Made by a program: the position numbers and the translations under genes. This document shows, piece after piece, positions 28,667 to 44,159 of a stretch of 64,000 bases of DNA (positions within the stretch are counted from its first letter, which is position 1; each line of letters begins with the position of its first letter). Source of the stretch: Nitrospirota bacterium (GTDB taxonomy: Bacteria > Nitrospirota > UBA9217); assembly GCA_963845065.1 (NCBI GenBank), contig CAWJQQ010000008.1:160001-224000 (forward strand). The letters run 5' to 3'. Below the pieces are notes generated by a model, which had not been told where the DNA came from, did not search any database, and worked only from the letters and a program-made list of their open reading frames with translations.

Positions 28667-29596
28667 ATGAGAATAATCCGGGGCCTCAAAAATATATTAG
28701 AACTTTTTCCGAAGCCTGTGCTTACCCTTGGGAACTTTGATGGCGTGCACCTTGGTCACCAGGCAATATTCAAGAAGGTCGTTGAGCATGCCCGCATGAT
28801 CGGCGGTACTAGCATCGCCTTTACGTTCGAGCCTCACCCGCTTAAAGTACTAGCACCTGAACGATCCCCTAAATTATTAAATACTTTTCATGGGAAAATG
28901 AAACTCCTTGCCGCTTCCGGGATCGATGTAGTGATTTGCGCAAATTTCACGCGTTCTTTCGCAGAGCAACATCCTGAGGATTTCGCCCGCACCATTTTAC
29001 ACGACCAGTTAAGGGTTCAAGAGATATTCGTAGGTTATGATTATGCGTTCGGCAAAGGCCGAGAGGGGAGCATCGAATCACTGAAAAAAATAGGCCGGAC
29101 ATACGGCTTCGAAGTGGGCGTGGTCGAAGCAATTCAGGTAAACGGCATCATAGTCAGCAGTTCAGCGATCCGTGAGCTTATCTCAAGCGGCAGTGTCGAC
29201 GAAGCCGCGAAGCTTCTCGGGAGGGACTATGTGCTTGAAGGAGAAGTAATTCACGGGTCGCACCGAGGACAGACACTCGGATTTCCAACAGCAAATCTGC
29301 ATACTTCTAACGAGCTTCTTCCTGGGTTCGGAGTTTACGCAGTGCGAGTATCGGTTGATGATCAGCAGGTGTTGGATGGAGTCGCTTCTATCGGTGTGCG
29401 GCCGACATTTGATGCGGGGGCCGTATCCATCGAGGTTTTTTTATTTAACTTCGACGGGGACCTGTACGGCAGGCAAATGGATATTTCGTTTATTAAGCGG
29501 CTCCGAGGGGAAAGAAAGTTTCCTGATGCAAATGCACTCATAGCACAAGTTCGGAAGGATGTTGAAGAGGCAAAAAAAATCCTTTATGGCAGATAA
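28667..29596 (+). CDS. ribF: Bifunctional riboflavin kinase / FAD synthetase
   Basis: LGNFDGVHLGH, VSSSAIR, GFPTAN, GVRPTF. Confidence 0.96.
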   Translation: MRIIRGLKNILELFPKPVLTLGNFDGVHLGHQAIFKKVVEHARMIGGTSIAFTFEPHPLKVLAPERSPKLLNTFHGKMKLLAASGIDVVICANFTRSFAEQHPEDFARTILHDQLRVQEIFVGYDYAFGKGREGSIESLKKIGRTYGFEVGVVEAIQVNGIIVSSSAIRELISSGSVDEAAKLLGRDYVLEGEVIHGSHRGQTLGFPTANLHTSNELLPGFGVYAVRVSVDDQQVLDGVASIGVRPTFDAGAVSIEVFLFNFDGDLYGRQMDISFIKRLRGERKFPDANALIAQVRKDVEEAKKILYGR

Positions 29597-29841
29597 TCTC
29601 ATCAATTTCTAGCAACTTTCTTTTTCCCGGAATAGTTGCTATAGCCGAAATCGAATTACCGTTGAACCGATGATGGTATGCATTGTGGCAGAGATATTGT
29701 GATAGAAAAGATGCTAGATACCCTTTTTGACTAGGAAAAGGATGCCTTTTATTCTGTTTGAAATCTGTCCATGAAACTGTTCAGAACCAGAGCGAGCATA
29801 GCTGAAGACGACATGAGTAACGGGAGGGGAGGTGACTAGCG

Positions 29842-29925
29842 ATGGCATGCGGAACAAGGAATTGTGGACCAACGAAAACTGCCAAGAAAAAAGCTGTCAA
29901 AAAGAAAACAACAAAAAAAAAATAA
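29842..29925 (+). CDS. 27-aa Lys-rich microprotein MACGTRNCGPTKTAKKKAVKKKTTKKK
   Basis: Strong SD (GGAGGTGA) 6 nt before the ATG and a terminator downstream. Confidence 0.7.
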   Translation: MACGTRNCGPTKTAKKKAVKKKTTKKK

Positions 29926-29958
29926 AATGAAACAAATGAAATGAAATAAATGAAACAA

Positions 29959-29990
29959 GGAAAGGCGGACGATTGGGTCCGCCTTTTTCC
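29959..29990 (+). terminator. Intrinsic terminator
   Basis: AAAGGCGGAC-GATTGG-GTCCGCCTTT followed by TT. Confidence 0.75.
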
Positions 29991-30131
29991 CTGAACTGAA
30001 ATCCTAAAAAACATTCCTTCTCAGTAGTTCATGGGGTTATTACATTGTTCCTTTGCTTGCAGTTAATATTAAATTGACATTTGTGGGAGGCTATGATAGA
30101 TACAGCACCGGTAGATGTATACGGAGCTTCT

Positions 30132-30497
30132 GTGAAGACGGCGGTCATCATTTTATTTCACGGAAGCAGGGCCGAGGGTTCTGACGCAACCGCCCATCGA
30201 ATCATAGCCGAGGTTCGTCGACGCGGACATTTCGGTATCGTTCAGGAAGCTTTCCTGCAAAACGCGACACCGGGCCTTAGGGAATCCATCGCATCCTGCA
30301 TCCAGCAACGTGCAGAAAAGATCGTAGTTGTTCCTTTTTTCCTTCAGTTGGGAACGCACGTTACGGCTGATATTCCCCCGTTAGTTGATGAAATAAGACA
30401 TGGCCATCCCGAAATTGAGATAACGCTGACTGAACCTGTTGGCTCTCATCCGCTTTTAGTAGACGTCATACTTGACTTGGCAGCAATAGTGAAATAG
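30132..30497 (+). CDS. Small CbiX/SirB-type sirohydrochlorin chelatase domain protein
   Basis: HGSR, AFL, VPFFL..GTHV..DIP motifs; probable GTG start. Confidence 0.85.
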   Translation: MKTAVIILFHGSRAEGSDATAHRIIAEVRRRGHFGIVQEAFLQNATPGLRESIASCIQQRAEKIVVVPFFLQLGTHVTADIPPLVDEIRHGHPEIEITLTEPVGSHPLLVDVILDLAAIVK

Positions 30498-30620
30498 CTC
30501 TATCATGCATGGTGGCGGGTGCTGAAGTGAGGGAGCAGATAGGTCGTCTGCTGCCTGTAAAAAAACCTTAGCGGGCTACTGCCGCGTTGTTCGAAGTGCG
30601 GGACTCGAAGGACTTGATAA

Positions 30621-31835
30621 ATGCTCTCAGCAAAGGCACAACTTGACATCATTAAACGCGGTGCTGTGGAAATCATCGTTGAGGACGACCTCCTTAAGAA
30701 ACTAGAGAAGTCCATTGCAAAAGAACAACCGCTCCGCGTGAAAGCCGGTTTCGATCCCACCGCACCGGACATCCATCTGGGCCACACCGTGCTCCTGAAC
30801 AAGATGCGCCAGTTCCAGGAACTGGGGCATGAGGTTATTTTCTTGATAGGCGATTTCACAGGTATGATCGGGGATCCCACGGGGAAGTCAGAAACGCGTA
30901 AACACTTGACGCGAGACGAAGTATTACAGAATGCTACCACGTATCAGCAACAGATTTACAAGATCCTCAGTCCCGGCAAAACGCTGATCGTATTTAACAG
31001 CGAGTGGATGATAAAGATGTCGTCCACGGATATGATCCAACTTGCTGCAAAGCATACGGTAGCCAGGATGCTGGAGCGCGAGGACTTCAAAAAACGCTAT
31101 GAATCCAGGCTTCCGATAAGCATCCACGAATTTCTTTATCCCCTTATTCAGGGATACGACTCTGTGGCGTTGAGGGCAGACGTGGAACTTGGCGGGACGG
31201 ACCAGAAATTCAATCTCCTTGTCGGTCGGGAGTTGCAGAAGGAATATGGCCAGGAGCCACAATCAATTGTTATGATGCCGCTCCTCGAGGGTCTCGACGG
31301 CGTGAACAAGATGAGCAAGAGTCTCGGAAACTATATCGGCATCAACGAGCCTGCAAAGGAGATATTCGGAAAGGTGATGTCGATTAGTGACGACCTAATG
31401 TATCGTTATTATGAGCTTGTAAGTTCTGTGTCTCTGGATGATTTGGCAAAGACCAAGTCTGAAATCAAATCCGGAATGCTGCACCCCATGGAAGCAAAAA
31501 AAAGGCTTGCCACGGAGCTTGTAGACCGGTTTTATGGGACTGGTGAAGGAAAAAAGTCGCGTGAAGAGTTTGAAAAAGTGTTCAGTGGCCACCGGCTTCC
31601 CGACGACATCCCTCTCGTCGAGATTACTTGGGAAGGCAAAAAAATGAAGCTTGTGAAAATCATGGCTATGTCGGGCGTGGCTAAGAGCAACTCTGAGGCG
31701 CGCAGGCTAATCCAGCAAGGTGCTGTTGAGGTTGACCAACAACCGGAGAAGGATGTAGAGAAGGAATTATTTCTGAATGATTATGTAATAAAGGTCGGAA
31801 AGAAGCGGTTTGTGCGGGTTTCCGCTAAAAAGTAA
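30621..31835 (+). CDS. tyrS: Tyrosine--tRNA ligase
   Basis: [24 protein letters not shown]-terminal S4 domain. Confidence 0.97.
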   Translation: MLSAKAQLDIIKRGAVEIIVEDDLLKKLEKSIAKEQPLRVKAGFDPTAPDIHLGHTVLLNKMRQFQELGHEVIFLIGDFTGMIGDPTGKSETRKHLTRDEVLQNATTYQQQIYKILSPGKTLIVFNSEWMIKMSSTDMIQLAAKHTVARMLEREDFKKRYESRLPISIHEFLYPLIQGYDSVALRADVELGGTDQKFNLLVGRELQKEYGQEPQSIVMMPLLEGLDGVNKMSKSLGNYIGINEPAKEIFGKVMSISDDLMYRYYELVSSVSLDDLAKTKSEIKSGMLHPMEAKKRLATELVDRFYGTGEGKKSREEFEKVFSGHRLPDDIPLVEITWEGKKMKLVKIMAMSGVAKSNSEARRLIQQGAVEVDQQPEKDVEKELFLNDYVIKVGKKRFVRVSAKK

Positions 31836-31863
31836 AAAAAAAACATTGACCGCGAAAAAAGTC

Positions 31864-32061
31864 TTGACATAAGAAGTATATTCTGATAAATTGCGCCCTC
31901 GTTCGTCGGTAAACCTCGGGCAAAACCTCGAAGTTCTGTTAGACTACCTAACGAGCATTCTGTACAAAATAATTTTTTGAAAACGTTTGATAAAGTTCTT
32001 GACAAAATAGATTGTTTTAGCTATTATTAGTATTCTGCGAACTATACATGGTCTTTGAAAA
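31864..32061 (+). promoter_or_regulatory. Tandem rrn promoters P1/P2 and boxA-like element
   Basis: TTGACA-17-TAAATT (31864-31892); TTGACA-17-TATTAT (31999-32027); TGGTCTTTGAAAA (32049-32061), part of a leader arm that pairs with about 33792-33818. Confidence 0.85.
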
Positions 32062-32176
32062 CTAAATAGGTGCATTAAGTTCCAAACAGCTTTTTTAAGC
32101 TTTTGGAACGGCGGGTTTTGGGTAACAAAAACTTGTCAAGTTACTTTGTGTAACTTTGCATAAAAGGATCAGCTTT

Positions 32177-33745
<1,569 letters not shown>

Positions 33746-33896
33746 GAATAGAGATTACTTGTAATCTCTCATCTTAGGTCGTTCCTGCCAGCACCTATTT
33801 AGTTTTGAAGGACCATGAGCAATGCTCAGGGCTATAGGCATGGGTTCGGAGCTTTACCCCCGGGAAAAGTCCTGAGCCTGATAGAAGCGAAAGAGC

Positions 33897-33973
<77 letters not shown>

Positions 33974-34050
33974 AGTCAATTGCGGATTGCAGATTGCCGA
34001 TTGTTGATTGAAAAACGCCAATCAAAGGCCTGAAATCTAAAATTGTTATC

Positions 34051-34126
34051 GGGGCTGTAGCTCAGCTGGGAGAGCACCTGCTTTGCAAGCAGGGGGTCAG
34101 CGGTTCGATCCCGCTCAGCTCCACCA
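34051..34126 (+). tRNA. tRNA-Ala (anticodon TGC)
   Basis: GGGGCTGTAGCTCAG...TTTGCAA...AGCTCCACCA. Confidence 0.98.
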
Positions 34127-34292
34127 AATAATTGAAAATTTAAAATTCAACATTCAAGCATTTGAGTATTGAATCTTGAATTTTGAATTCCCGAGCATGG
34201 CTCGGGATTGTTCTTTGACAACTGAATAAGCAAGGGTACAAGAAGAGCTGAGGCAATCAAGAAACGCCGAATCTGCCAGAGGCAGGTTCGGT

Positions 34293-37292
<3,000 letters not shown>

Positions 37293-37386
37293 CTATATTT
37301 ATTTATTCTCCAAATCTGCTTCTGACAGATTCGGCTTTTCGAAGTATTCTTGCTTATTCAGTGTCATTGATTATCGTTACAAGGTT

Positions 37387-37503
37387 TTCGGTGGCTATAC
37401 CGGAGGGGTCACACCCGTTCCCATCCCGAACACGGAAGTAAAGTCCTCCAGGGCCGATGATACTATGATCGAGAGGTCATGGGAAAGTAGGACGCTGCCG
37501 GAA
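37387..37503 (+). rRNA. rrf: 5S rRNA
   Basis: CGGTGGC...CACCCGTTCCCATCCCGAACACGGAAG...GCTGCCG. Confidence 0.97.
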
Positions 37504-37510
37504 TATTTTT

Positions 37511-37543
37511 AAGCCCATCATCAATCGATGATGGGCTTTTTTT
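37511..37543 (+). terminator. rrn operon intrinsic terminator
   Basis: AAGCCCATCATC-AATC-GATGATGGGCTT followed by a T run. Confidence 0.9.
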
Positions 37544-37606
37544 GTTCATTTTCTTGCTGATTCATTTTCTTCTCCCGCTTTTCGCGGTATTTTTTTAGAG
37601 AGAGGA

Positions 37607-39148
37607 TTAATGCACATCCGCAGGGGGACCGCCTGCGGCAGGAGCTGCTCGCTGCATGATGATTACAAGTGGAAGAACACAGAGGATGAGGACGCAGATT
37701 GTCAGGAATGCATCGTTGAAGGCAAGGGTTGTTGATTGGCGAATCAATTCCCCATACATGATCCCGTTTGCGCCGGCTGGCGGAATTCCTTTTGAGCCAA
37801 GAAACGACGCCATTGCATTGTTCTGGAAATGGTAGGCAGTATTAAATGGCGACAGATGCCCCGCAAGCCTGGTCTGGTGGAATTGCGCGCGACGCGAAAG
37901 CATCGTCGTGGTAAATGCGATGCCGACACTGCCTCCGAGGTTCCGCAGCAGGTTGTACAAGGAACTGGCCTCGGTCATGTGTTCCCTCGGGATGTGAGAG
38001 AGCGTCATGGTTGTCAGAGGAATAAAGGTAAGCCCCATACCAAGGCCCAAGACAACCCTCGGCCAGACAAATGTCCAAAAATCCGCTGTGAGGTTTAAGC
38101 GGGACATCATGAAGGTGCTGACGGCGCAGAACGATATGCCAACGGCGAGAATACGCTTCGGATTCATTTTACTAACCAGTTTACCCGCAACCGGCATAGC
38201 GAGCAAGGTGGCGATACCGCCAGGTCCGAGTACGAGCCCCGCATAGAAAGACGTGTATCCCATGAGCGTTTGTAAAAAAATCGGAAGCAGAACGATGCTT
38301 CCGAAGAGGTTCAGGAAAACGAAGAACATGACCGTCGCACCGCTGGTGAAGGTCCGGTCCTTAAACAGCTTCAGGTTGACAACCGGATGCTCGGAATAAT
38401 ACTCGTTGATCACAAGGAATGTAAGGGAAACTACCGAGAGAATGGCTAACATGACGATGAAGTTTGATCCGAACCAATCCTCCCTTTCTCCTTTGTCGAG
38501 AACGAACTGGAGCGAGCCGAGACCCACGGCAAGAAAAATAAGTCCCCAGTAGTCGATCTTCATTTTCTGGCGCTGCATATACGGCGGATCTTTAATTACG
38601 ATGATGTTCATAATGATCGAGAGGATTCCGATCGGAATGTTGATGTAGAATATCCACCGCCAGGATAAGGAGTCGGTGATCCAGCCGCCCAGGACTGGAC
38701 CGACGATTGGACCAAACATGGCTCCCAGACCGAAGATGGCCATAGCCTGGCCATGCTTCTCCCGGGGAAAGGACTCGAGGAGAATGGACTGGCTGATGGG
38801 TACCAGGCCACCACCGCCAATTCCCTGAAGCACCCTAAAGAAGACAAGGCTGTTAAGGCTCCACGAAGAGCCGCACATAAAAGAACTGAACGTAAACAGG
38901 GCGATGGAGGCGATCTGGTAGTTTTTTCTTCCAATGAGTCGAGCTAGCCACCCTGCCATGGGGATGACTATCGCGTTTGATACGAGGTAGGCGGTGATTG
39001 TCCACGTGGACTCATCAATTCCCGCGGAGAGCGAGCCCCGGATGTGGTCAAGCGATACATTCACGACAGACGTGTCGATGATTTCGATCAGCGTCGGGAG
39101 CATTACCGTGAAGGCAATTAATCCTCTGCTCGCAGTCTTACTGCTCAT
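37607..39148 (-). CDS. emrB: DHA2-family (EmrB/QacA) MFS efflux permease
   Basis: IDTSVVNVSL, WRWIFYINIP, RNLGGS; about 14 TM helices. Confidence 0.92.
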   Translation of the reverse strand: MSSKTASRGLIAFTVMLPTLIEIIDTSVVNVSLDHIRGSLSAGIDESTWTITAYLVSNAIVIPMAGWLARLIGRKNYQIASIALFTFSSFMCGSSWSLNSLVFFRVLQGIGGGGLVPISQSILLESFPREKHGQAMAIFGLGAMFGPIVGPVLGGWITDSLSWRWIFYINIPIGILSIIMNIIVIKDPPYMQRQKMKIDYWGLIFLAVGLGSLQFVLDKGEREDWFGSNFIVMLAILSVVSLTFLVINEYYSEHPVVNLKLFKDRTFTSGATVMFFVFLNLFGSIVLLPIFLQTLMGYTSFYAGLVLGPGGIATLLAMPVAGKLVSKMNPKRILAVGISFCAVSTFMMSRLNLTADFWTFVWPRVVLGLGMGLTFIPLTTMTLSHIPREHMTEASSLYNLLRNLGGSVGIAFTTTMLSRRAQFHQTRLAGHLSPFNTAYHFQNNAMASFLGSKGIPPAGANGIMYGELIRQSTTLAFNDAFLTICVLILCVLPLVIIMQRAAPAAGGPPADVH

Positions 39149-40149
39149 TTTGTCAATACCGTCGGTTCCGCAGACATGCCGATTCTAAGCACATGGTCGC
39201 TGTCCGTTCCCTCTTGGAGAACGATCTTTATGGGTATTCGCTGGACTACTTTGACATAATTTCCAGTTGCATTTTCAGGAGGGAAAAGCGAAAAGGATAC
39301 ACCAGTGCCAGCCATGATGCTGTCGACTTTACCTTTAAAAACCTTGCCGGGGTACGTGTCTACTTCGATTTCCACGTCCTGGCCAGGACGGATATTTTCC
39401 ATCTGGGTTTCCTTGTAATTCGCAGTAACCCAAAGGTCATTGAGCGCAACTAATGCCATGAGCGGTTGATCTGCCTGGATCTGGTTGCCGATCTGAACCG
39501 ATCTTCTCGTGACGTATCCATCCACGGGAGAATAGAGCTTCGTGTACTCGAAATTGAGTTCTGCGAGCGTAGCCTGCGCATCCTTCTGTCTGATAGTTGA
39601 AACCTGGGTGACCTTCGCCGACTCGGCTGTCCGGAGCTGTTCCTCAGCTGCTTTGACCTGAGCCAGGTTAACCTCATAGCCAGTCATTGTCCGGTCGTAC
39701 TGCTCCTGAGGTATGACCTGCTCTGCAAAGAGCTTAACCGCTCGCTTCTTGTCCGTCTCTGCGAGCCTAAGATTTGCGCGTGCAAGGTCAAGGTTCGCCT
39801 TCGCGGACTCGATTTTCGTTTCCGCCTCGGAAAGCTTCGCCTTTTCGACACTGAGCGCCGATTTGGCCTCCTGCAGCCGCACGGAATTATCAACAGGGTC
39901 GATCTCCACCAAGAGGTCGCCCTTTTTTACGGACTGGTTGTCGTCGACATAAATAGCCTTCACCGTGCCGCTGATCTTGGCTGCAATTGTGTGGATATTC
40001 CCGTCGATAAAGGCATCATCAGTGGATATATGGGTTTTTCGATAGGAATTGTAGAAAAAAACTGTGATGAGCACGATGCAAATTGCAACGCCAGCAATCG
40101 CAAAGGCACGTTTCTTTTTCCCGATCGTATTCGTTTGTTCTTCAGCCAT
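39145..40149 (-). CDS. emrA: EmrA/HlyD membrane fusion protein
   Basis: STDDAF, ANYKETQ, PPENATGNYVKVVQRIP. Confidence 0.93.
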   Translation of the reverse strand: MAEEQTNTIGKKKRAFAIAGVAICIVLITVFFYNSYRKTHISTDDAFIDGNIHTIAAKISGTVKAIYVDDNQSVKKGDLLVEIDPVDNSVRLQEAKSALSVEKAKLSEAETKIESAKANLDLARANLRLAETDKKRAVKLFAEQVIPQEQYDRTMTGYEVNLAQVKAAEEQLRTAESAKVTQVSTIRQKDAQATLAELNFEYTKLYSPVDGYVTRRSVQIGNQIQADQPLMALVALNDLWVTANYKETQMENIRPGQDVEIEVDTYPGKVFKGKVDSIMAGTGVSFSLFPPENATGNYVKVVQRIPIKIVLQEGTDSDHVLRIGMSAEPTVLTK

Positions 40150-40216
40150 TCGTCGTTCTCCTTGAGTAACAATATTACTTTACTGCTAGGATTCCGTAAT
40201 CGATTTCCATGAAAAA

Positions 40217-41524
40217 TTATTCTCCATAAACGCTAGCAAGGTCTCTTCCCACCGAATAGAGCAACTGGGCCTCTGCACGGCCGACCCCGTAAAGTGATTT
40301 CCAGGAATTCGATTCCGCAGTCGTCATGAGCGTAACCGCATCGAGCTCATCCGTCGCGGTGGCGACGCCTTCGTGGTAGCGGAGCCGCTGAAGCCGTAAA
40401 TTTTCTTCAGCCGAGGCGACCGCTGTCTTCGTGACTTCGATTTTTTGCTGCGAGCTTTGTAAATCGAGGTAGGCACCCTCGACTGCGAGGTGGATGTTAT
40501 CTAGCACTTTGTCCCGCGTGAGCTTTAGCGACCGGAGCTCGCTCATAGCAATGCCCACTTTTGAACTGCTCGCTCCTCCTGAAAAGAGATTGATGTTTAC
40601 TCCGGCGATCAACGACCAGTTGTCGGGATGAACCATGTACTTGTTCTCCGTATATTCATAGCCGCCGGAAAGGTAAAGCGTGGGAAAGTACTCCGCTTCT
40701 GTTGCCCGAACGTTTTCCTCTTTCGCTGCGATCCGAGCATCCATGTCTTTGAGTTCAGGGCTTTCCTCTTCGGCGATCTTCCACGCTTCATCGAGAGTCA
40801 TTCCGGTAGCGGGATGAACTTTGACCTCTTCAACCACGACCGGCTCATTGAGAGGCCTTAAGAGAAGGCTGTTAAGCTTCGATGCCAGGAGGGAACGCAG
40901 ATTCTCAGCAGTTACCAATCGCTGGCGGGAGTCCGACAGCGTAGCATCAGCCTGGAGCACGTCATTCTTCGTAATGACTCCCGCACTGTACCGTGCTTCG
41001 GCGTCACTCTTATGTGCTTCAACATTTTTTACTTCCTCGCTTGCGACTTGAAGGAGCTTCTCTGCCTCGAGAAGATCGAAGTAAGAAACGATAAAATCCA
41101 AAGCTGTTTGGTTCCTCGTGCTTTGCGTTTCGATCTGGCGTGCTTTAACTCCGTACTGAGCTGCATTGATGGAAGACGACGTTTTGCCGAAGTCGTACAG
41201 GAGCTGATTGGCCTGTACGCCATAGCTGAGATACTGGTCCTGTGATTCCTGCGCTGTCAGAACACCCGTCGGCAAATAGAACTTGCCTGTGGGCGTATAC
41301 GCAAGCCACGTTTGGTTCCCGTAAAGATTAACAGAGGGCAGCCATGGAGATCGTGCGAGGGTAACAGCTGACCGGGCAGCATCTTCATCACTTCGAGCGA
41401 TCTTGACGTCCCGACCGTATTCTACGGCGATTTTTACACCTTCTTCCAGAGTCAATGCATGACTGCTTAACGGAACAATGAACATGCTGAATGATAAAAC
41501 CGCTACAAAGTATATACGGCTCAT
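40217..41524 (-). CDS. TolC-family outer-membrane efflux protein
   Basis: Signal peptide, LTLEE, two OEP repeats (LYDFG; YFPTL...NLFSG). Confidence 0.92.
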   Translation of the reverse strand: MSRIYFVAVLSFSMFIVPLSSHALTLEEGVKIAVEYGRDVKIARSDEDAARSAVTLARSPWLPSVNLYGNQTWLAYTPTGKFYLPTGVLTAQESQDQYLSYGVQANQLLYDFGKTSSSINAAQYGVKARQIETQSTRNQTALDFIVSYFDLLEAEKLLQVASEEVKNVEAHKSDAEARYSAGVITKNDVLQADATLSDSRQRLVTAENLRSLLASKLNSLLLRPLNEPVVVEEVKVHPATGMTLDEAWKIAEEESPELKDMDARIAAKEENVRATEAEYFPTLYLSGGYEYTENKYMVHPDNWSLIAGVNINLFSGGASSSKVGIAMSELRSLKLTRDKVLDNIHLAVEGAYLDLQSSQQKIEVTKTAVASAEENLRLQRLRYHEGVATATDELDAVTLMTTAESNSWKSLYGVGRAEAQLLYSVGRDLASVYGE

Positions 41525-41715
41525 AGCGTAACCTTGTCCTCCATAGGGTAGTTAAAATGTAAGTAAGTGCTATATTACACAAAAGCAACTAGAAAAGAAA
41601 GTTTTTTATGTATGAATGAATTGGCGCCTAATCAATATCATGCCGATCCTTTACTTGTTGTTTTCTTTGGTGATAAGTAGTACTTTTAAATAAAATGTTA
41701 AGGAGCAGGTGAAAC

Positions 41716-42639
41716 ATGCGACAAGTAATATCCGCAAGCAGGCGCACCGACATACCGGCATTCTATTCCGAATGGCTCGCCATAAGGCTCAGAGCGGGAT
41801 TCGTGCTGGTGCGGCAGCCTTATTCAGGGAGGTATGCAGCAGTATCCTTGAAACCGGAGGACGTAACGGCGATTGTCTTCTGGTCCAAAAATTATGCGCC
41901 GCTCCTTCCAAAGCTGGAACAGGTAGAACGGACTACCAAGAACCTCTTTTTCCATTTTACTATCACCGCGAACCAGGAAATGGAACCCGGCGTCCCCGAC
42001 TACAAGGACGCGATAAGCGACTACCTGTTCCTTGGCCGACGATATTCAGCCGGGCACATTGTTTGGCGCTTCGATCCTCTCTGCATAACTGACAAAATTT
42101 CCTATGAAATTCATGAGGAGCGATTTGCACGTTGTGCTGAAAAGTTTCGCGCTGTTGCGAGCAGATGCATTATCAGCTTTGTGCATCCTTATAAGAAGGT
42201 GCTCATGCATATGGAAAAACATGGCGACGACAGACTGATTAAACTTTCACCGGAAACAAAGCGTTGGTATGCGCTTCGTTTGGCTACCAGGGCAAAGCAA
42301 TACGGCATCGGGCTCTTCGCGTGCTGCAACGACTATCTACTCTCGGACGCAGTACAAAAAGCAAGCTGCATCGATGCGCACTATCTGTCCGAGCTCTATC
42401 AAACGCCGCTCGATACTAGATCGGCCTCGACGAGGGAGGAGTGCGCCTGCACAAAAAGTGTCGACATCGGAGCGTATGATACGTGCGCACACGGGTGTTT
42501 GTATTGCTATGCCAATTCGGATCAAGTCCGGGCGCGGGCTGCCCTTATGCGGCACGAACCCACGTGGAATGCTCTCGGGGAGCAGGTTCCTGAGGTGCAT
42601 TATGAGTCGGAGAAAGCGCAGCAATCGTTTCTCCTATGA
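41716..42639 (+). CDS. DUF1848-family protein
   Basis: ISASRRTDIPAFY, VFWSKN, WRFDP, C.C..SVDIGAYDTCAHGCLYCYA. Confidence 0.9.
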   Translation: MRQVISASRRTDIPAFYSEWLAIRLRAGFVLVRQPYSGRYAAVSLKPEDVTAIVFWSKNYAPLLPKLEQVERTTKNLFFHFTITANQEMEPGVPDYKDAISDYLFLGRRYSAGHIVWRFDPLCITDKISYEIHEERFARCAEKFRAVASRCIISFVHPYKKVLMHMEKHGDDRLIKLSPETKRWYALRLATRAKQYGIGLFACCNDYLLSDAVQKASCIDAHYLSELYQTPLDTRSASTREECACTKSVDIGAYDTCAHGCLYCYANSDQVRARAALMRHEPTWNALGEQVPEVHYESEKAQQSFLL

Positions 42640-42962
42640 GGGGCAAATAACAATTTTTGATTCGCATTCTGCATGAAGTCTTAGCTTGTTCTTCAAATGT
42701 GACTAAGGTCAATCATGACGCATGAAGCCTGCCCTGAACATTCATCCATTCTCGGACGCTTTTCAATCAGTGAGATGAAAGGCAATGTCTAGCGACGAGT
42801 GGAAACAGCGCTTTTCACCACGACATTTGTGAGAGTACGCATGAAAGAACGATCTTTTCCTTGATTATTGAAGTGGCAGGCGTTATCCTTTTTAAGCAGG
42901 TTTTGGTTGAAGCGGCGTAACGAGGGATCGTTGAAGCCACAAAAAACAGGAAGGAAGTTGCC

Positions 42963-44159
42963 ATGATCAGAAGCAAACGTCTAGCCATCCTTTTAATTCT
43001 TTTTCCCCTTTTTGCCTGCACACCGCCGCCTAGAACTATAACGAAGCCTGAGGATGCGATTGCGCCCATCTCGTGGTGGAAAGCAACAACACCGGCGGAT
43101 GACCTGGTGTTCAAGGACGTTGCGGCAGCCGTGCATGAGAGCCTGGAATACTATAAGAAACTGCCACAGGACTCGGCCTTCTTTCTGGGAACCGATAAAG
43201 TGACTGCGCTGGACATGGTTGTTACACTCCAAAATTTTTTGCTGATTGTAGAGAACGATTCACTTACTCAAGAACAGAAGCTCAATCGCATTAAAAAGAA
43301 TTTTCTTCTTTATCGATCAATAGGTTCGGACGGCAACGGCAAGATGCTGTTCACCGGCTACTACGAGCCTTTGCTCTCATGCCGGACCACCGCAGACGAA
43401 ACTTTTCGTTACCCCATTTACCGCAAACCCGATGACATCATTGAAATTGACCTTACGCTGTTTGGAAACGGTTTTCCCCAAAACAAGATTTTTGGCAGGC
43501 TCGACGGCAAAAAAATAGTTCCCTACTATTCACGGGAAGAAATCGACAAGAAAAAAGTTCTCGCCGGCAGGGATCTCGAGATCCTATGGTGCTCCGACAT
43601 CGTTGATATCTATGTGCTGCAGGTGCAGGGTTCGGGCAAGGTGGACCTCGGGGACGGGAATGTCCTTTCCGTGCTCTATGATGGCCAGAATGGCAGGCCC
43701 TACAAGAGCATCGGTAAATACCTGATTGACATAGGAGCGGTCTCGAAGGAGAACATGTCTCTGCAAACGATACGTGAGTATTTACGTTCTCATCCGGACA
43801 GACTGAATGATGTCCTGAGCCAAAATCAGAGCTATGTCTTCTTCAGGCTCGCTACCGGCCCATCGCTCGGAAACATCGGCGTGCCGCTGACACCGGGAAG
43901 ATCGATTGCCACGGACAGCAAACTTTTCCCGAAAGGGGCTCTCGGATTCATCGCAACCCAGAAGGCGGTGATAGAGAACGGCGCGATTAAGTCATGGGTG
44001 CCGTTCACGCGTTTCGTGATGAACCAGGACACGGGTGGGGCGATCAAGGGACCGGGGCGAGCCGACATCTTTTTCGGCCAGGGTCCCGACGCAGAACTTG
44101 CTGCCGGGCACCAGCAGCATGAGGGGGAGCTGTATTTTCTGCTAAGGAAGAAACCGTAA
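42963..44159 (+). CDS. mltA: Membrane-bound lytic murein transglycosylase A
   Basis: Lipobox LFAC, FTGYYEP, LQVQGSG, QDTGGAIKG.GRAD.F.G. Confidence 0.94.
   Translation: MIRSKRLAILLILFPLFACTPPPRTITKPEDAIAPISWWKATTPADDLVFKDVAAAVHESLEYYKKLPQDSAFFLGTDKVTALDMVVTLQNFLLIVENDSLTQEQKLNRIKKNFLLYRSIGSDGNGKMLFTGYYEPLLSCRTTADETFRYPIYRKPDDIIEIDLTLFGNGFPQNKIFGRLDGKKIVPYYSREEIDKKKVLAGRDLEILWCSDIVDIYVLQVQGSGKVDLGDGNVLSVLYDGQNGRPYKSIGKYLIDIGAVSKENMSLQTIREYLRSHPDRLNDVLSQNQSYVFFRLATGPSLGNIGVPLTPGRSIATDSKLFPKGALGFIATQKAVIENGAIKSWVPFTRFVMNQDTGGAIKGPGRADIFFGQGPDAELAAGHQQHEGELYFLLRKKP

Noticed and set aside
30500..30620. T-box leader upstream of tyrS (also checked upstream of metG)
   Set aside because: No complete T-box consensus with a terminator, and the tyrS spacer is short
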